Made by a program: the position numbers and the translations under genes. A stretch of 64,000 bases of DNA from a virus (lineage: Duplodnaviria > Heunggongvirae > Uroviricota > Caudoviricetes): the IMG/VR virus record IMGVR_UViG_3300031998_000020; one strand, given 5' to 3'. The notes under the pieces are model-generated. The model was not told the origin of the DNA. It made no database searches and saw only the letters and a program-made list of their open reading frames with translations. Below, one piece after another: positions 1 to 9,539 of this stretch (position 1 is its first letter; each line of letters begins with the position of its first letter).

Positions 1-756
1 TTCAAACCTGTACTTGGCAAGGAAGTTAGCAAGAGCAAAGAAGAAGAAATCAATAGGAAAGCCTATAGTGATATTAACAAGGAGGTCGACAAGGTAAACA
101 AGTCAGCTAAGAGTGAGAAGGTTAATGTTAACCAGCAACCACAAATGACCAGAAATGGCATGAGCGACTTGGAATATGACAGCATAAATGATACCTTCAA
201 GAAAAACGCTGTAGCTGGCCTAAAAGGTTACACTTCTGCCAATGATGAAAAGAACCATGGCAAGGAGGCACTTGGAAACGGTTATCATAATGATGACGAG
301 TTTGCAAAACAGTTTACCAATGCAGCAAAAGACAAACTTGACACTCGAAACAAGGAGGCTGAAACAGGACTTCAAGCCAGGGAGAGAAAGCCCGAAGACA
401 CACACTTGCATGACAGTGTTGTAGAATCAAAGAAGATTCCGCTTCTCAAGTTCAAACACGTTCAGTTTATCTCTGAGAGCCAGATGATGGTACATATTCC
501 CGATGACTACAAAACAGAGGGTAAGAGATTCTATATGCAAGACCATCAAGGTAATAAATACCTTGTAGAGTGGCATGAGAAACCAGAGGTACAGAAGATG
601 CTCAATGAGCAGAAGGCAGGTGCCGAACTTGACAGAATCAAATATCTCTTCGATTATTCTTCAAAAGAATCACAGAGTAATGGTTCAGTAAGGATGAACG
701 AAGAAAAGAAAGTCGAGGATATGCTTGGCAAAATGAGGAAACTCATGAAGAGTTAA
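1..756 (+). CDS. Hypothetical phage protein, 5'-truncated (frame open from base 1)
   Basis: Frame 1 has no stop from position 1 to TAA at 754-756; ORF track gives 145..756. Charged protein, no recognised motif. Confidence 0.75.
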   Translation, partial: FKPVLGKEVSKSKEEEINRKAYSDINKEVDKVNKSAKSEKVNVNQQPQMTRNGMSDLEYDSINDTFKKNAVAGLKGYTSANDEKNHGKEALGNGYHNDDEFAKQFTNAAKDKLDTRNKEAETGLQARERKPEDTHLHDSVVESKKIPLLKFKHVQFISESQMMVHIPDDYKTEGKRFYMQDHQGNKYLVEWHEKPEVQKMLNEQKAGAELDRIKYLFDYSSKESQSNGSVRMNEEKKVEDMLGKMRKLMKS

Positions 757-796
757 ATAAAGTCAGATAATAAACTAATTAAGTACATATACTATT

Positions 797-1183
797 ATGG
801 CAATTGAGGCAGCAGTGGCATTGTTCTGCATTTCCATGGCAGGAAATATCTACCAATTCTGGGCTAATCGGAAGGGGAGGGATTTAGATGCCATAAAGAA
901 AGAGTTTGACCTTTTCCAAGAACTTCGCTCGGCAAAAGACAGGGCCTATGAGGAAGCGCAAAAAAGAAAGGACATTCAGATTACAAGACTAACCGAGGAA
1001 TTGAATGCACAACAAGAGCTAATCAATTCCAATGCTGATGAATTGAAACGGATGAACAAGATGATAACTTTTTTGATTTCTCAGGGATGCCAAGATGCTA
1101 AACGATGTCCTGACCATTGTCCATATAGCATAGCGGATATTGCTGACATAATCAAGAGAGACGAAATGAGCAAGAAGAGATAA
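797..1183 (+). CDS. Membrane-anchored coiled-coil protein (possibly lysis-related)
   Basis: N-terminal hydrophobic segment, long heptad region, C-terminal Cys cluster GCQDAKRCPDHCP. Confidence 0.55.
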   Translation: MAIEAAVALFCISMAGNIYQFWANRKGRDLDAIKKEFDLFQELRSAKDRAYEEAQKRKDIQITRLTEELNAQQELINSNADELKRMNKMITFLISQGCQDAKRCPDHCPYSIADIADIIKRDEMSKKR

Positions 1184-1210
1184 AAGTGAGGCTAATAACC
1201 TCACTTTTTT
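1183..1210 (+). terminator. Intrinsic terminator
   Basis: AAAGTGAGG-ctaataa-CCTCACTTT followed by T tract, at the 797..1183 stop. Confidence 0.7.
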
Positions 1211-1253
1211 GTTTATTGTATTATGATTTCTATTTTTTAGTAAAAGGATAGAA

Positions 1254-1460
1254 ATGGAATTTATAATCAAATTAATTGACAAGGGCCTTGAGGCTATTAG
1301 TATGTTTGGGTTTATATTCTCAATCCTATATGTTCTCAAGGTAGTATATGAAATTGCCAAAGTTTATACACTCAGGGAGGGTCAGGTAACACTTGGTAAG
1401 CACGGGCTGCTTTATTTGGCATGTGCCATCTCTTTTATTTTAACTTTTATTCTGGTATAG
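1254..1460 (+). CDS. Small two-TM membrane protein
   Basis: 68 aa, two hydrophobic stretches. Confidence 0.65.
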   Translation: MEFIIKLIDKGLEAISMFGFIFSILYVLKVVYEIAKVYTLREGQVTLGKHGLLYLACAISFILTFILV

Positions 1461-1461
1461 T

Positions 1462-2160
1462 ATGTTAGAAGAGAAATTGGAAAGACTCAAGGGTGTATGG
1501 TGCTCTATTGAGTATTATAGTGGAAAGTTTGCTGTATCAGCAGCATTTCCAGAGGGGTATAGTGTTTTCACTGATTCTCTTGATAGAATCCAGGTTGTGA
1601 ATGACACTGACAAGAGTGGAAAATACTGGTATATAGGAAAAGATAACGCCATCCGTATAAGTGATATTATCGATTTCATTGACGAGACGGTTAAAATCAA
1701 CGAAGAGGCTATCAAAAAGGCTAAATTGTACGAGGAAAAAGTAAAAGAATTACGAGATTGCTTCAATAACGATAAATTCTCTTACAGGGACCTTGAGAGG
1801 TTGTCGTTTAGTGTAAGGGATGAACTAAACACCCAACCGATTGGACAGGTAGTGACAAAACCGATGCCAAAAAAGCCAGTTGTACCCAAGAATGGCAGAA
1901 AGCCAAAGGAGGAAACCAACGGTGAGGTTGTGACAGAGGTTGAAAAAGCGGCTACAGAGGCCAATAAACAGCCTGTTCAGGACAACAGTACCCAAGCAGA
2001 GAAATCAGTGTCTACAGAGCCTAAAACAGCCAATTTTAGTGATTTTAAAGCCCCAAAGGACTCAAAGGGAAGGAAAATCATTAACAATGTGGACGTAACC
2101 GACTTAATCGGTGAAGAAGGGGGAGGCACTGAGCAAGAATTAAACGACGAACAACGATAA
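1462..2160 (+). CDS. Hypothetical protein
   Basis: 232-aa ORF abutting both neighbours. Confidence 0.75.
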   Translation: MLEEKLERLKGVWCSIEYYSGKFAVSAAFPEGYSVFTDSLDRIQVVNDTDKSGKYWYIGKDNAIRISDIIDFIDETVKINEEAIKKAKLYEEKVKELRDCFNNDKFSYRDLERLSFSVRDELNTQPIGQVVTKPMPKKPVVPKNGRKPKEETNGEVVTEVEKAATEANKQPVQDNSTQAEKSVSTEPKTANFSDFKAPKDSKGRKIINNVDVTDLIGEEGGGTEQELNDEQR

Positions 2161-2525
2161 TGGAGAACGTATTCATTTACACATTGGCTGTCTATGGTAT
2201 TTCGGCAGCACTTGTATATTTCGGCGGTCCGTTTGACATAATCAAGAAGTTCAGGGAATGGGTAGAAAAGAATCTGCCTGGGACATTCACTGATTTACTG
2301 TCATGTATGTTCTGCCTCCCGACCAATGTGGGTATTATACTATCCATTATTGCATTGTTAAGTGGAACGTATTTTACTCCATTCACCGATATGTTGGGCA
2401 ATACGAATTGCTGGCTTTTAAGCATTGTTCTTGACGGTGCCTATTGTGGCGGTATTGTATCAATCATAGACGGTTTAGTAGAGACATCATTAAACAAAGT
2501 TGGCGTATGGAAGGAAGAGGAGTAG
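2160..2525 (+). CDS. Membrane protein, DUF1360-like
   Basis: Hydrophobic segments around LLSCMFC (CxxC), as in DUF1360-type phage proteins. Confidence 0.55.
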   Translation: MENVFIYTLAVYGISAALVYFGGPFDIIKKFREWVEKNLPGTFTDLLSCMFCLPTNVGIILSIIALLSGTYFTPFTDMLGNTNCWLLSIVLDGAYCGGIVSIIDGLVETSLNKVGVWKEEE

Positions 2526-2731
2526 AACTTAATAGAGAGGTGAGGGGTCTAAAAAATGACCAGAACATGACACGTATAGCCGTAGAGAGCCAAAAGAATA
2601 GAATAGCCGAAGAACTATGCGGTGATATGGGAGAAGACATGAATGCTGTACTAAAGGGGGAGAAATTTGTAGAATTAGAGATGAAGTTTAAGATAAGAGA
2701 TTGGTTTAGAAGATTATTCAGGATGTTTTAA
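2507..2731 (+). CDS. Hypothetical protein
   Basis: ORF track 2444..2731; ATG 2507 (MEGRG) chosen as likely start because it minimises overlap. Confidence 0.6.
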   Translation: MEGRGVELNREVRGLKNDQNMTRIAVESQKNRIAEELCGDMGEDMNAVLKGEKFVELEMKFKIRDWFRRLFRMF

Positions 2732-2760
2732 CGGTAGGATTTTTATTCCTACCGTTTTTT
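2730..2760. terminator. Terminator hairpin between convergent genes
   Basis: AACGGTAGGA / TCCTACCGTT stem followed by T tract. Confidence 0.7.
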
Positions 2761-3526
2761 AGTCCCTTGTAGTGTTCTTTTTAATTTTTCGGTCAGACCA
2801 GTTTGTAAGCTCTTTGATTTTGTTGAACCAAGTCAGATAAGAATGCATACTTTTGTAAATGTCACCAGCAAATAGTATGTATTTTAGTTTTTTGTCTTTG
2901 GCGTATTCTTCTATGAAGTTATAAAGCCTGACACTATCAATATGATTCTTGCAGATTATCAATTCCATCTTATCGACAGAATTGATAATAAGTTTATTCT
3001 TGAATACTACAATTTCCTTGAAGAAGTATTTGTTATTTCTATTGACTTGGAGGATATTATCGATAATAAAATGTATGGTTTTCCTCTGTCGTTTAGGGTT
3101 ATAGCCATATACCCAGAATGTCTCTTCTACCTTGTACGGCATGGCTTCCAGGAACAGCCAGTCATCATTGTCGGTGACACAATCCACAAAGGCACCGTAT
3201 TCATCCCTTATCTTACCATGAGTGGTTTCATGGCCCTCTTTCTTTTTGATGAGCATTAGCTGATAGTCAGCTTCGACAAATGTCTTAGTCTTCTTGGAGG
3301 ACACGAATTTGACAGGGAAGAGAACTTTGTCGTTCCATTCCTTCTGTAGTTGTCTCATTTTTGTCAATGCCGTCTTTGAACTGACGGCAGAGTAAATATC
3401 CTCAAGTTGTGTGCCACAGCTTGTGGTGATTATATGGTAAGGCCTCTTTAAACCGACATAAGTGTGTACTACGGGCTTTTTCTTCTTCTTAGGGCCACGT
3501 TTTTTCTTTCTTCCTCTTTTTGCCAT
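2759..3526 (-). CDS. Hypothetical protein with basic N-terminus
   Basis: ORF track 2759..3586; likely start ATG 3526 (MAKRGRKKKRG). Confidence 0.75.
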   Translation of the reverse strand: MAKRGRKKKRGPKKKKKPVVHTYVGLKRPYHIITTSCGTQLEDIYSAVSSKTALTKMRQLQKEWNDKVLFPVKFVSSKKTKTFVEADYQLMLIKKKEGHETTHGKIRDEYGAFVDCVTDNDDWLFLEAMPYKVEETFWVYGYNPKRQRKTIHFIIDNILQVNRNNKYFFKEIVVFKNKLIINSVDKMELIICKNHIDSVRLYNFIEEYAKDKKLKYILFAGDIYKSMHSYLTWFNKIKELTNWSDRKIKKNTTRD

Positions 3527-3573
3527 TTTATTGTACTGCAAATATTTATATATAATAAAATATAGAATTAAAA

Positions 3574-4113
3574 ATGCCAAATACAAACGATGTGAAATTA
3601 ATGCAATTCTCGGACCGAGAAGGGCAGATGATAGCAGGGTTCACTCCAGAGCATGCTGTCTACGATACCAATGGCATTAGGCTTGATGTAAAGCTACAGG
3701 CGTTGGACGTTGACAGGATAATGGCATTGCTTCAAAGAGCTTCGGTTGGCGGTAACGGCATAAGCGCAATATTCCAGATAGGGAATAATGAAAGCGCATT
3801 CATGAGTGCTGTTGAAGAAACGATGAGAAATGTAAATGAAGGAACGTCGGCAGTTGGTGGACTTGCATATAACACATACCTTGCAGTTCTTGCTATAGAC
3901 TTCTATAATTTCATGGACATTGAGATTTCGGAAGAGAATAACACAACAGCCTACGCTCTGGCTGTAATCAGTATGGGTACGGATGGTGGCTACAACGTTA
4001 AGTTCGACCTTGGTTTTGATACTTACAGGTATTATTTCAATAAGACGATTGTGGATTTAGAGGGACAACCTCAAAGTAAGTTATACTACGAAGAAAGAGG
4101 TATAGAAAATTAA
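3574..4113 (+). CDS. Hypothetical virion-associated protein
   Basis: 179-aa ORF preceded by TATTTATA (3543-3550), first gene of the tail-fibre cluster. Confidence 0.65.
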   Translation: MPNTNDVKLMQFSDREGQMIAGFTPEHAVYDTNGIRLDVKLQALDVDRIMALLQRASVGGNGISAIFQIGNNESAFMSAVEETMRNVNEGTSAVGGLAYNTYLAVLAIDFYNFMDIEISEENNTTAYALAVISMGTDGGYNVKFDLGFDTYRYYFNKTIVDLEGQPQSKLYYEERGIEN

Positions 4114-4126
4114 AACGATAAGATAA

Positions 4127-6070
4127 ATGGATAAAATTCAAAAATACCCGAAGACCATTGGTGATTATGTTAAGGTAAAGGACTATTCAAAAGAGAATAG
4201 CAGCGTTGCCTCTGACCAAGCTAATGCCTCGGCTAATACTACAGAACTCAACGAAGCCTTGAAGAATGCCGTAGAGAGGGTAGATAGTGTTAATAACGTA
4301 GGTACGATAACGGATAGTGGCTTGACACAGGCAATCAAGGTTATCGGTACTGATGGTAAGGAATACCTCGTCAAGGCAATGTTATGGGATAAGCCTACAC
4401 AGCCAACTATCAAGGCTGACTTCGTGCCTAAAGGAGGTACGAGAAAGACTACCGTAACTTCTGGTGCGTGTGTTTCCGTCGAGGATGCATTTAAGGTAAC
4501 TATAAGCCATACTAATGCAGGTGGTAAGATTTACTATACCACTGGAACAACCGTTGAGGGCACAGCTACACCAACGACATCGAGTACACGATATAGCAGT
4601 GAGATAACATTCCATCCTAATCTGGCAACAGAAAGGCAGGATATTGTTATCAAGGCTATTGTTAACTATACAGGACAGAATTCAGATGTGAGGGTAGCAA
4701 CATTGTCATTCTACCGAAAAATTAAACTTACTCTGGCATACAGCCCAAGCAATGTAGCGGATACAACTACACCTGGTATGGGTGGCCATTCTCCTATGTA
4801 CTTTAGTGCGTATGGTACCGTTACGGCATCAACCAATGGTGCTAATAGCCCAACCTGGACCAATTCAAAGGGTGGCAATACCAATAGTATGACATTCTAT
4901 GAAGACACACCAGGTACATATTGGTTCAAGGCTACAGAGTCAGGCTGGCTGGATTCAGATATCACATACGGTGTACCACTTGAAATTAGGCACCTGAGAC
5001 TATTCAGTATATACGAACAATCACCTGAAATCAATTTGGGCGATAATGGTGCGTATGAACCATACAAGAGGTTCGGTGTGACAGTTAGTGGTACTACAAC
5101 AGATACAAATGGCAACCAAGTTAATCCTACATTACATTACAAGATTGCATACAGTAATCCAAGCAGGACTGATGTAACAAGTACGATGGAGTTAGGTATT
5201 ACAAGGTCGGTAAGTGGTAACTGTATTGTTAGTGCGTGGACAACGGCAAGTGGTGAGTCTGGCTATCCAGATTGGCAAGGACAGAGTGCAGACAAGGATA
5301 TTGCATGTAGGAATCTGCCAGCACCAACTATTACTTACACAAGGACAGGTGATTCACACCAAAACGGTTCAAGTGTTAGTGGCAATACTAACCAATGGGC
5401 GAGTGGTATGACATTCACCGTGGCTGGTACTGCCTTAAAGGATAGTGACAATAGTACGGCAGTAGCATTGGGCTTGTATTACTCAAGTGGTAACTCAGCT
5501 AATGTGAACACACAATATGGAAGTTCGTTTACTATTTCATTCGGCAACAGTGCAACAGGTGGTACAATCCAAGCAAATAGCGTAAAGGCACAAAGAAGAG
5601 TGAGTGGCTGGACTGATTCACCAATAGCTACAGCACCGTCAAGCAATCAGGTGATTAGTAAGCCTCACGTATATGTTGGCACATATTCTTATGATGATGG
5701 TAATAACGGTCAGACAGCCAAGAATTATTCAGCAGCCCAGATTGATGCCATATTCACAGGCTGGAAGAATGGAGGCACATTAAGTAGTGTTGTTACCAAT
5801 CCAAGTAGCATGAATTATGTCCATGCCGAGAAGTCGACTATAAGTGAGATATATAATTTCCCGTTGACTTTCGTGACAGGTCTGAATGCTCCGCTTATTG
5901 CATATCCTAAAGCATGGGGAGAAGTTAAGACTATCACTGACGGACAGCAGGATTACACCAAGACTTACAACAAGATAGAGTGTAATATTGGTGGATTGAC
6001 ATATTACGTGTATTATTTCAACACGCTCGGTTCGGACAATACTTTGGCATTTAACATTATTTTTAACTAA
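4127..6070 (+). CDS. Ig-like/Fn3-associated repeat virion (tail or decoration) protein
   Basis: Ser/Thr/Gly-rich beta protein with KIYYTTG...PTTSSTRYS...IVIKAIV (chitobiase/Fn3-associated-like) and further similar modules. Confidence 0.6.
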   Translation: MDKIQKYPKTIGDYVKVKDYSKENSSVASDQANASANTTELNEALKNAVERVDSVNNVGTITDSGLTQAIKVIGTDGKEYLVKAMLWDKPTQPTIKADFVPKGGTRKTTVTSGACVSVEDAFKVTISHTNAGGKIYYTTGTTVEGTATPTTSSTRYSSEITFHPNLATERQDIVIKAIVNYTGQNSDVRVATLSFYRKIKLTLAYSPSNVADTTTPGMGGHSPMYFSAYGTVTASTNGANSPTWTNSKGGNTNSMTFYEDTPGTYWFKATESGWLDSDITYGVPLEIRHLRLFSIYEQSPEINLGDNGAYEPYKRFGVTVSGTTTDTNGNQVNPTLHYKIAYSNPSRTDVTSTMELGITRSVSGNCIVSAWTTASGESGYPDWQGQSADKDIACRNLPAPTITYTRTGDSHQNGSSVSGNTNQWASGMTFTVAGTALKDSDNSTAVALGLYYSSGNSANVNTQYGSSFTISFGNSATGGTIQANSVKAQRRVSGWTDSPIATAPSSNQVISKPHVYVGTYSYDDGNNGQTAKNYSAAQIDAIFTGWKNGGTLSSVVTNPSSMNYVHAEKSTISEIYNFPLTFVTGLNAPLIAYPKAWGEVKTITDGQQDYTKTYNKIECNIGGLTYYVYYFNTLGSDNTLAFNIIFN

Positions 6071-6079
6071 TAAGGTGAG

Positions 6080-7306
6080 ATGGTTAGCATAGAAGATATA
6101 AAGAGTAGAATTGCCCAAGGTGTTGCTCTTGGTGCTCCGTTCAACTTGAAAGGTTCAGTCCCACTTTCAAAAAGGGACGAATTGGAAACCCTTGAGGAAC
6201 TTGAGGCAATCAGAGACGAGGATAACATCTATCCACGAGGTTATAGGGTGTATTGTAAGGAAGATACAAACCTTTATATATTCCGTGGTAATGATGGCAA
6301 GACCCACGACAGGGGACAGTTCGACGTAATCGGCTTTGTTTCGCCAAATGACAAGACCAAAGTCTTTGAGTTCAAGGGGCAAGTAGCTAATTTTAGTGGC
6401 ATCACATCACCAGAGGTTGGTGACATCTGGAGAGTAAGTGGTGACAGTGAAAATACTGTAACCGTGGTTATACCTTCGGGAAATTCCGCAAGTAACACTG
6501 CGGTTTCCGCTTCTACAGGAGATATGCTTGTTTGTATCGGCAACACAAACAACACTTCTACATGGTCAGTATTACAGAATAATATTGATGATGAAAACAT
6601 TGTCCAGAAGAGCGAGGGTAACTATTCAGCAGGACAGGTTGCAATATTTGCCAACAACAAGGGAAACCGATTGTCTGGTAGTACTTTGCTGGCTGACAAA
6701 ATCGTTCAGTTGGAAACAAATCCGCAATACACTAACGTAAACGGCACCCAACTATACAATCTGTCTGGAACAACCAAGTCCGTACCGATAGTCAACAGTG
6801 ACGGAAAGCTTGAGGACAGCATGGTTGATGTCAAGATACTCCAAGACCTACAAAAGGAACTTGGCGGTACGGCAATAGCAGAACTTCCTCAGAATCCTGT
6901 AGCTGGTACTTTGGCTGATATGATGCAAAAATACCGAGACAATAACTATAACCTCGGTAGTAACTTTGCTCCGATAAGTGCGACCACAGAGAGTGACTTC
7001 AAAGAGGATATCCAGGGTATTATAAGTGCAAGTACCAATAATGTAGGCTTCGTTGTTCCTGTGGTTATCATGAAAAGCGATGACCCTGAAAACGAAAAAT
7101 TCATCTTTGAAGACTTCATCCCCGATGGTGACGATATCGCTAATGTAGAGGCGAGAATCAGAAAGGACGGTGCCGAGGGTGATGATATTCGGTTCCATGT
7201 CGATTTCGAGATAGAGAAACATAATCTTCAATACTGGTACAAAGGAAATGGTGAAAGTATCCTCTATCACGAGGATTACGGGTTTAGTGAAGATGAAAAC
7301 GTTTAG
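6080..7306 (+). CDS. Tail-fibre-type structural protein
   Basis: Motifs typical of phage fibre proteins (FEFKGQV...GDIWRV...GDMLV...WSVLQNNID); lies between fibre genes. Confidence 0.55.
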   Translation: MVSIEDIKSRIAQGVALGAPFNLKGSVPLSKRDELETLEELEAIRDEDNIYPRGYRVYCKEDTNLYIFRGNDGKTHDRGQFDVIGFVSPNDKTKVFEFKGQVANFSGITSPEVGDIWRVSGDSENTVTVVIPSGNSASNTAVSASTGDMLVCIGNTNNTSTWSVLQNNIDDENIVQKSEGNYSAGQVAIFANNKGNRLSGSTLLADKIVQLETNPQYTNVNGTQLYNLSGTTKSVPIVNSDGKLEDSMVDVKILQDLQKELGGTAIAELPQNPVAGTLADMMQKYRDNNYNLGSNFAPISATTESDFKEDIQGIISASTNNVGFVVPVVIMKSDDPENEKFIFEDFIPDGDDIANVEARIRKDGAEGDDIRFHVDFEIEKHNLQYWYKGNGESILYHEDYGFSEDENV

Positions 7307-7411
7307 GAATAAAAGGAATAGCCAAAAAGGTTATTCCTTTTTTCTTGAATATAAGCGATATTTCTCCATATTATAGAAGACGAACTATTTATAATTGTAA
7401 AATAATATCCC

Positions 7412-7528
7412 ATGGAGAAAATTCAGAAACTTCCAAAAACTAATACAGACAATGTAAAATATAGCGGAGAAACGCTTACCACCGTTGTAACGAAAGTGAT
7501 TCAATCGTTCGATGCTGGCGAGTGGTAA
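7412..7528 (+). CDS. 38-aa ORF paralogous to the N-terminus of 4127..6070
   Basis: Hand translation MEKIQKLPKTNTDNVKYSGETLTTVVTKVIQSFDAGEW; preceded by TATTTATA at 7386; not in ORF track. Confidence 0.55.
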   Translation: MEKIQKLPKTNTDNVKYSGETLTTVVTKVIQSFDAGEW

Positions 7529-7560
7529 AGATATGTTGTTTTTATAAAATTAGATAGACT

Positions 7561-8988
7561 ATGATTAATTTAACAGATAGAATAAAAGCCGTTACCGTAG
7601 AGGGGATATTGACAGGTGCCGAACAGATTGAATATATCGATGCGAGTGGTAATACGAGCAATATAAAAGCGACACTTGATAGTATTGGTAGCAAATTGGA
7701 TATAATTCTCAATAACATGGACCTGGAGAGTACATTTGCCTACGGAATACAGTGGGACAAAACTTCAACAAGTCCAGATTGTACAAGGGTGGGTAATATG
7801 TTACTACATTCAATGCTTCCTATTCAAAGCCAGATGAGAGGGTGCTTATTGGACGATGATGGTAATGTTATCAAATACCTTCCTGACAGTGGCTGGACCG
7901 AAGAGACATTGGATGGGTCGGCAGGGCAGGTAATGGTAGAAATTCCGAAGTTCTACTGGAAATTCTCCGAAAGTGGTAATACACAGACTGTAATGCTTTC
8001 ACAGGTTGCTATCGACGGTTACAAGAAGGTAGAAAAAAGTTACGTTTCGGCTTATGAGGCAACTATAGATAGGCAAAACACAAGCAAACTCAAGCTCGCT
8101 TCCGTGAAGAGTGACAATGTGAGATATAGAGGTTGTAACAATACAGCAGCCAATGATGAAACTTATCAAACAGGTCTAAGAAGACCCGTTACGTCTCTTA
8201 CAATGACTAATGCAAGGACATATGCAAGGAACAGGAAAGACGGGTCGTATAATTGGAATGTGGGCTATTATCAACAGCACAAGGCAATATTCTGGCTATT
8301 CGCTGTAGAGTATGCTACAAGAAATACCCAGAAGGCCGTTAATACAGAAACCACAGTTAGTGGGTTTAAACAAGGAGGATTGGGAAATGGCGTGACAACT
8401 GTTGCTGATGGCGCATGGAATGCATTCAATGGACGTTATCCTTTTGTTCCTATTGGTACTACGGATAGTCTGGGCAATGGCAGTGGTGAAGTTGAATATA
8501 TATCATATAGTGGAGAAGGTGAATCATGGGCGACTGTGAAGGTTCCAAGATATCGAGGTATCGAAAATCCTTTTGGGCATATCTGGAAAACTCTGGATGG
8601 AATCAAAATATTAGTCGAATCAGGTGAAACTGGAAACAGTAGCGTATATATTTGTAATGACTTTTCACTATGGAATGACAGAAGTGATACCGAAGGGTAT
8701 ATTTATATGTGTAACGAAGATAGGGCAGGTGGCTATATCAAGGAAATAGTCTTTGGTGAAAACGGTGACATAATAGCCAAAACCACTGGAGGTGGCAGTA
8801 CAACCTATTACTGCGATTACCACTATGTAAACACCACGTCGGCCACAGTGTATAGGGCCCTTCGTGTTGGCGGTGCTTCGTATCCTGGCGTGTCTTCGGG
8901 TCTCGTGTGCTCGTATTCGTCTAACGCCCCCTCGTCTACGACTACGTCTTCTGGCTTTCGGCTCAGTTTTATACCTACAATGATTTAA
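7561..8988 (+). CDS. DGR target: receptor-binding/tail-fibre protein with C-terminal CLec-type variable domain
   Basis: YRGIENPFGHIW and terminal GFRLSF motifs; 3' end contains the VR matching TR at 9540-9655. Confidence 0.9.
   Translation: MINLTDRIKAVTVEGILTGAEQIEYIDASGNTSNIKATLDSIGSKLDIILNNMDLESTFAYGIQWDKTSTSPDCTRVGNMLLHSMLPIQSQMRGCLLDDDGNVIKYLPDSGWTEETLDGSAGQVMVEIPKFYWKFSESGNTQTVMLSQVAIDGYKKVEKSYVSAYEATIDRQNTSKLKLASVKSDNVRYRGCNNTAANDETYQTGLRRPVTSLTMTNARTYARNRKDGSYNWNVGYYQQHKAIFWLFAVEYATRNTQKAVNTETTVSGFKQGGLGNGVTTVADGAWNAFNGRYPFVPIGTTDSLGNGSGEVEYISYSGEGESWATVKVPRYRGIENPFGHIWKTLDGIKILVESGETGNSSVYICNDFSLWNDRSDTEGYIYMCNEDRAGGYIKEIVFGENGDIIAKTTGGGSTTYYCDYHYVNTTSATVYRALRVGGASYPGVSSGLVCSYSSNAPSSTTTSSGFRLSFIPTMI
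8855..8970 (+). repeat. DGR variable region (VR)
   Basis: 116-bp ungapped alignment with 9540-9655; 20 mismatches, every one opposite an A in TR. Confidence 0.97.
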
Positions 8989-9028
8989 TTATATACAATC
9001 ACACAACAACTCGGAAATCCTTCCATTT

Positions 9029-9056
9029 AGTCTGGCAGAAATGCCAGACTTTTTTA
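9029..9056 (+). terminator. Hairpin downstream of VR (terminator and/or DGR target-recognition cruciform)
   Basis: Perfect 9-bp stem AGTCTGGCA-GAAA-TGCCAGACT followed by T tract. Confidence 0.75.
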
Positions 9057-9090
9057 TTAAATGTTAAAGGATGTTATTTTATTGAATTTT

Positions 9091-9122
9091 TTTGGAGGTT
9101 TCAGAAAAAGGTAGTATCTTTG
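9091..9122 (+). promoter_or_regulatory. Bacteroidota sigma-A type promoter of the DGR cassette
   Basis: TTTG (9091-9094), 20 nt, TATCTTTG (9115-9122). Confidence 0.75.
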
Positions 9123-9156
9123 CAAGCAATTTTTGATATTTAAAAATATTTTATTA

Positions 9157-9510
9157 ATGACAGGAAAAGTAGAAAACAGAATAGATGATGGCTCATTGAG
9201 CTTTTTGGGTATAGGTCCCAATCCTGATGGTAATCGTTTTTATCATTGCAAAAGGGTGAAGCAAAGTCAGTTAGCTGACAAGACTTTCTGGGTGCACGGA
9301 TATTCAGATGTTTCTGAGACAAAGTATGGCCCTGGTAGGGTTGTAGTCTTGGTAGGGCGTGAACCCAATTCCCCCGAAGAGCAGTGTGCAAAATTTTTCA
9401 GTAACAGTTCTGGTGTGAAGTACGTCTTGAGAAAAATAAAGGAGCTGAATGCCTTTCCAAGAAAGGTGACGTTAAAGAAAGACGATTATGGGCAGTTTTA
9501 TATGATTTAA
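9157..9510 (+). CDS. DGR accessory protein in the Avd position (does not look like a classical Avd helical bundle)
   Basis: Directly upstream of TR; ATG 9157 (track starts at TTG 9133); motifs DDGSLSFLG and AFPRKVTL. Confidence 0.7.
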   Translation: MTGKVENRIDDGSLSFLGIGPNPDGNRFYHCKRVKQSQLADKTFWVHGYSDVSETKYGPGRVVVLVGREPNSPEEQCAKFFSNSSGVKYVLRKIKELNAFPRKVTLKKDDYGQFYMI

Positions 9511-9539
9511 TGTAAAATAAAAGGTTGCTTGGCCTTTAC

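Noticed and set aside
1251-1279. Similarity of spacer 11 (reverse complement) to the start of gene 1254 (about 21/29 matches)
   Set aside because: AT-rich and scattered mismatches; a rough estimate gives several such hits by chance across both strands and 13 spacers.
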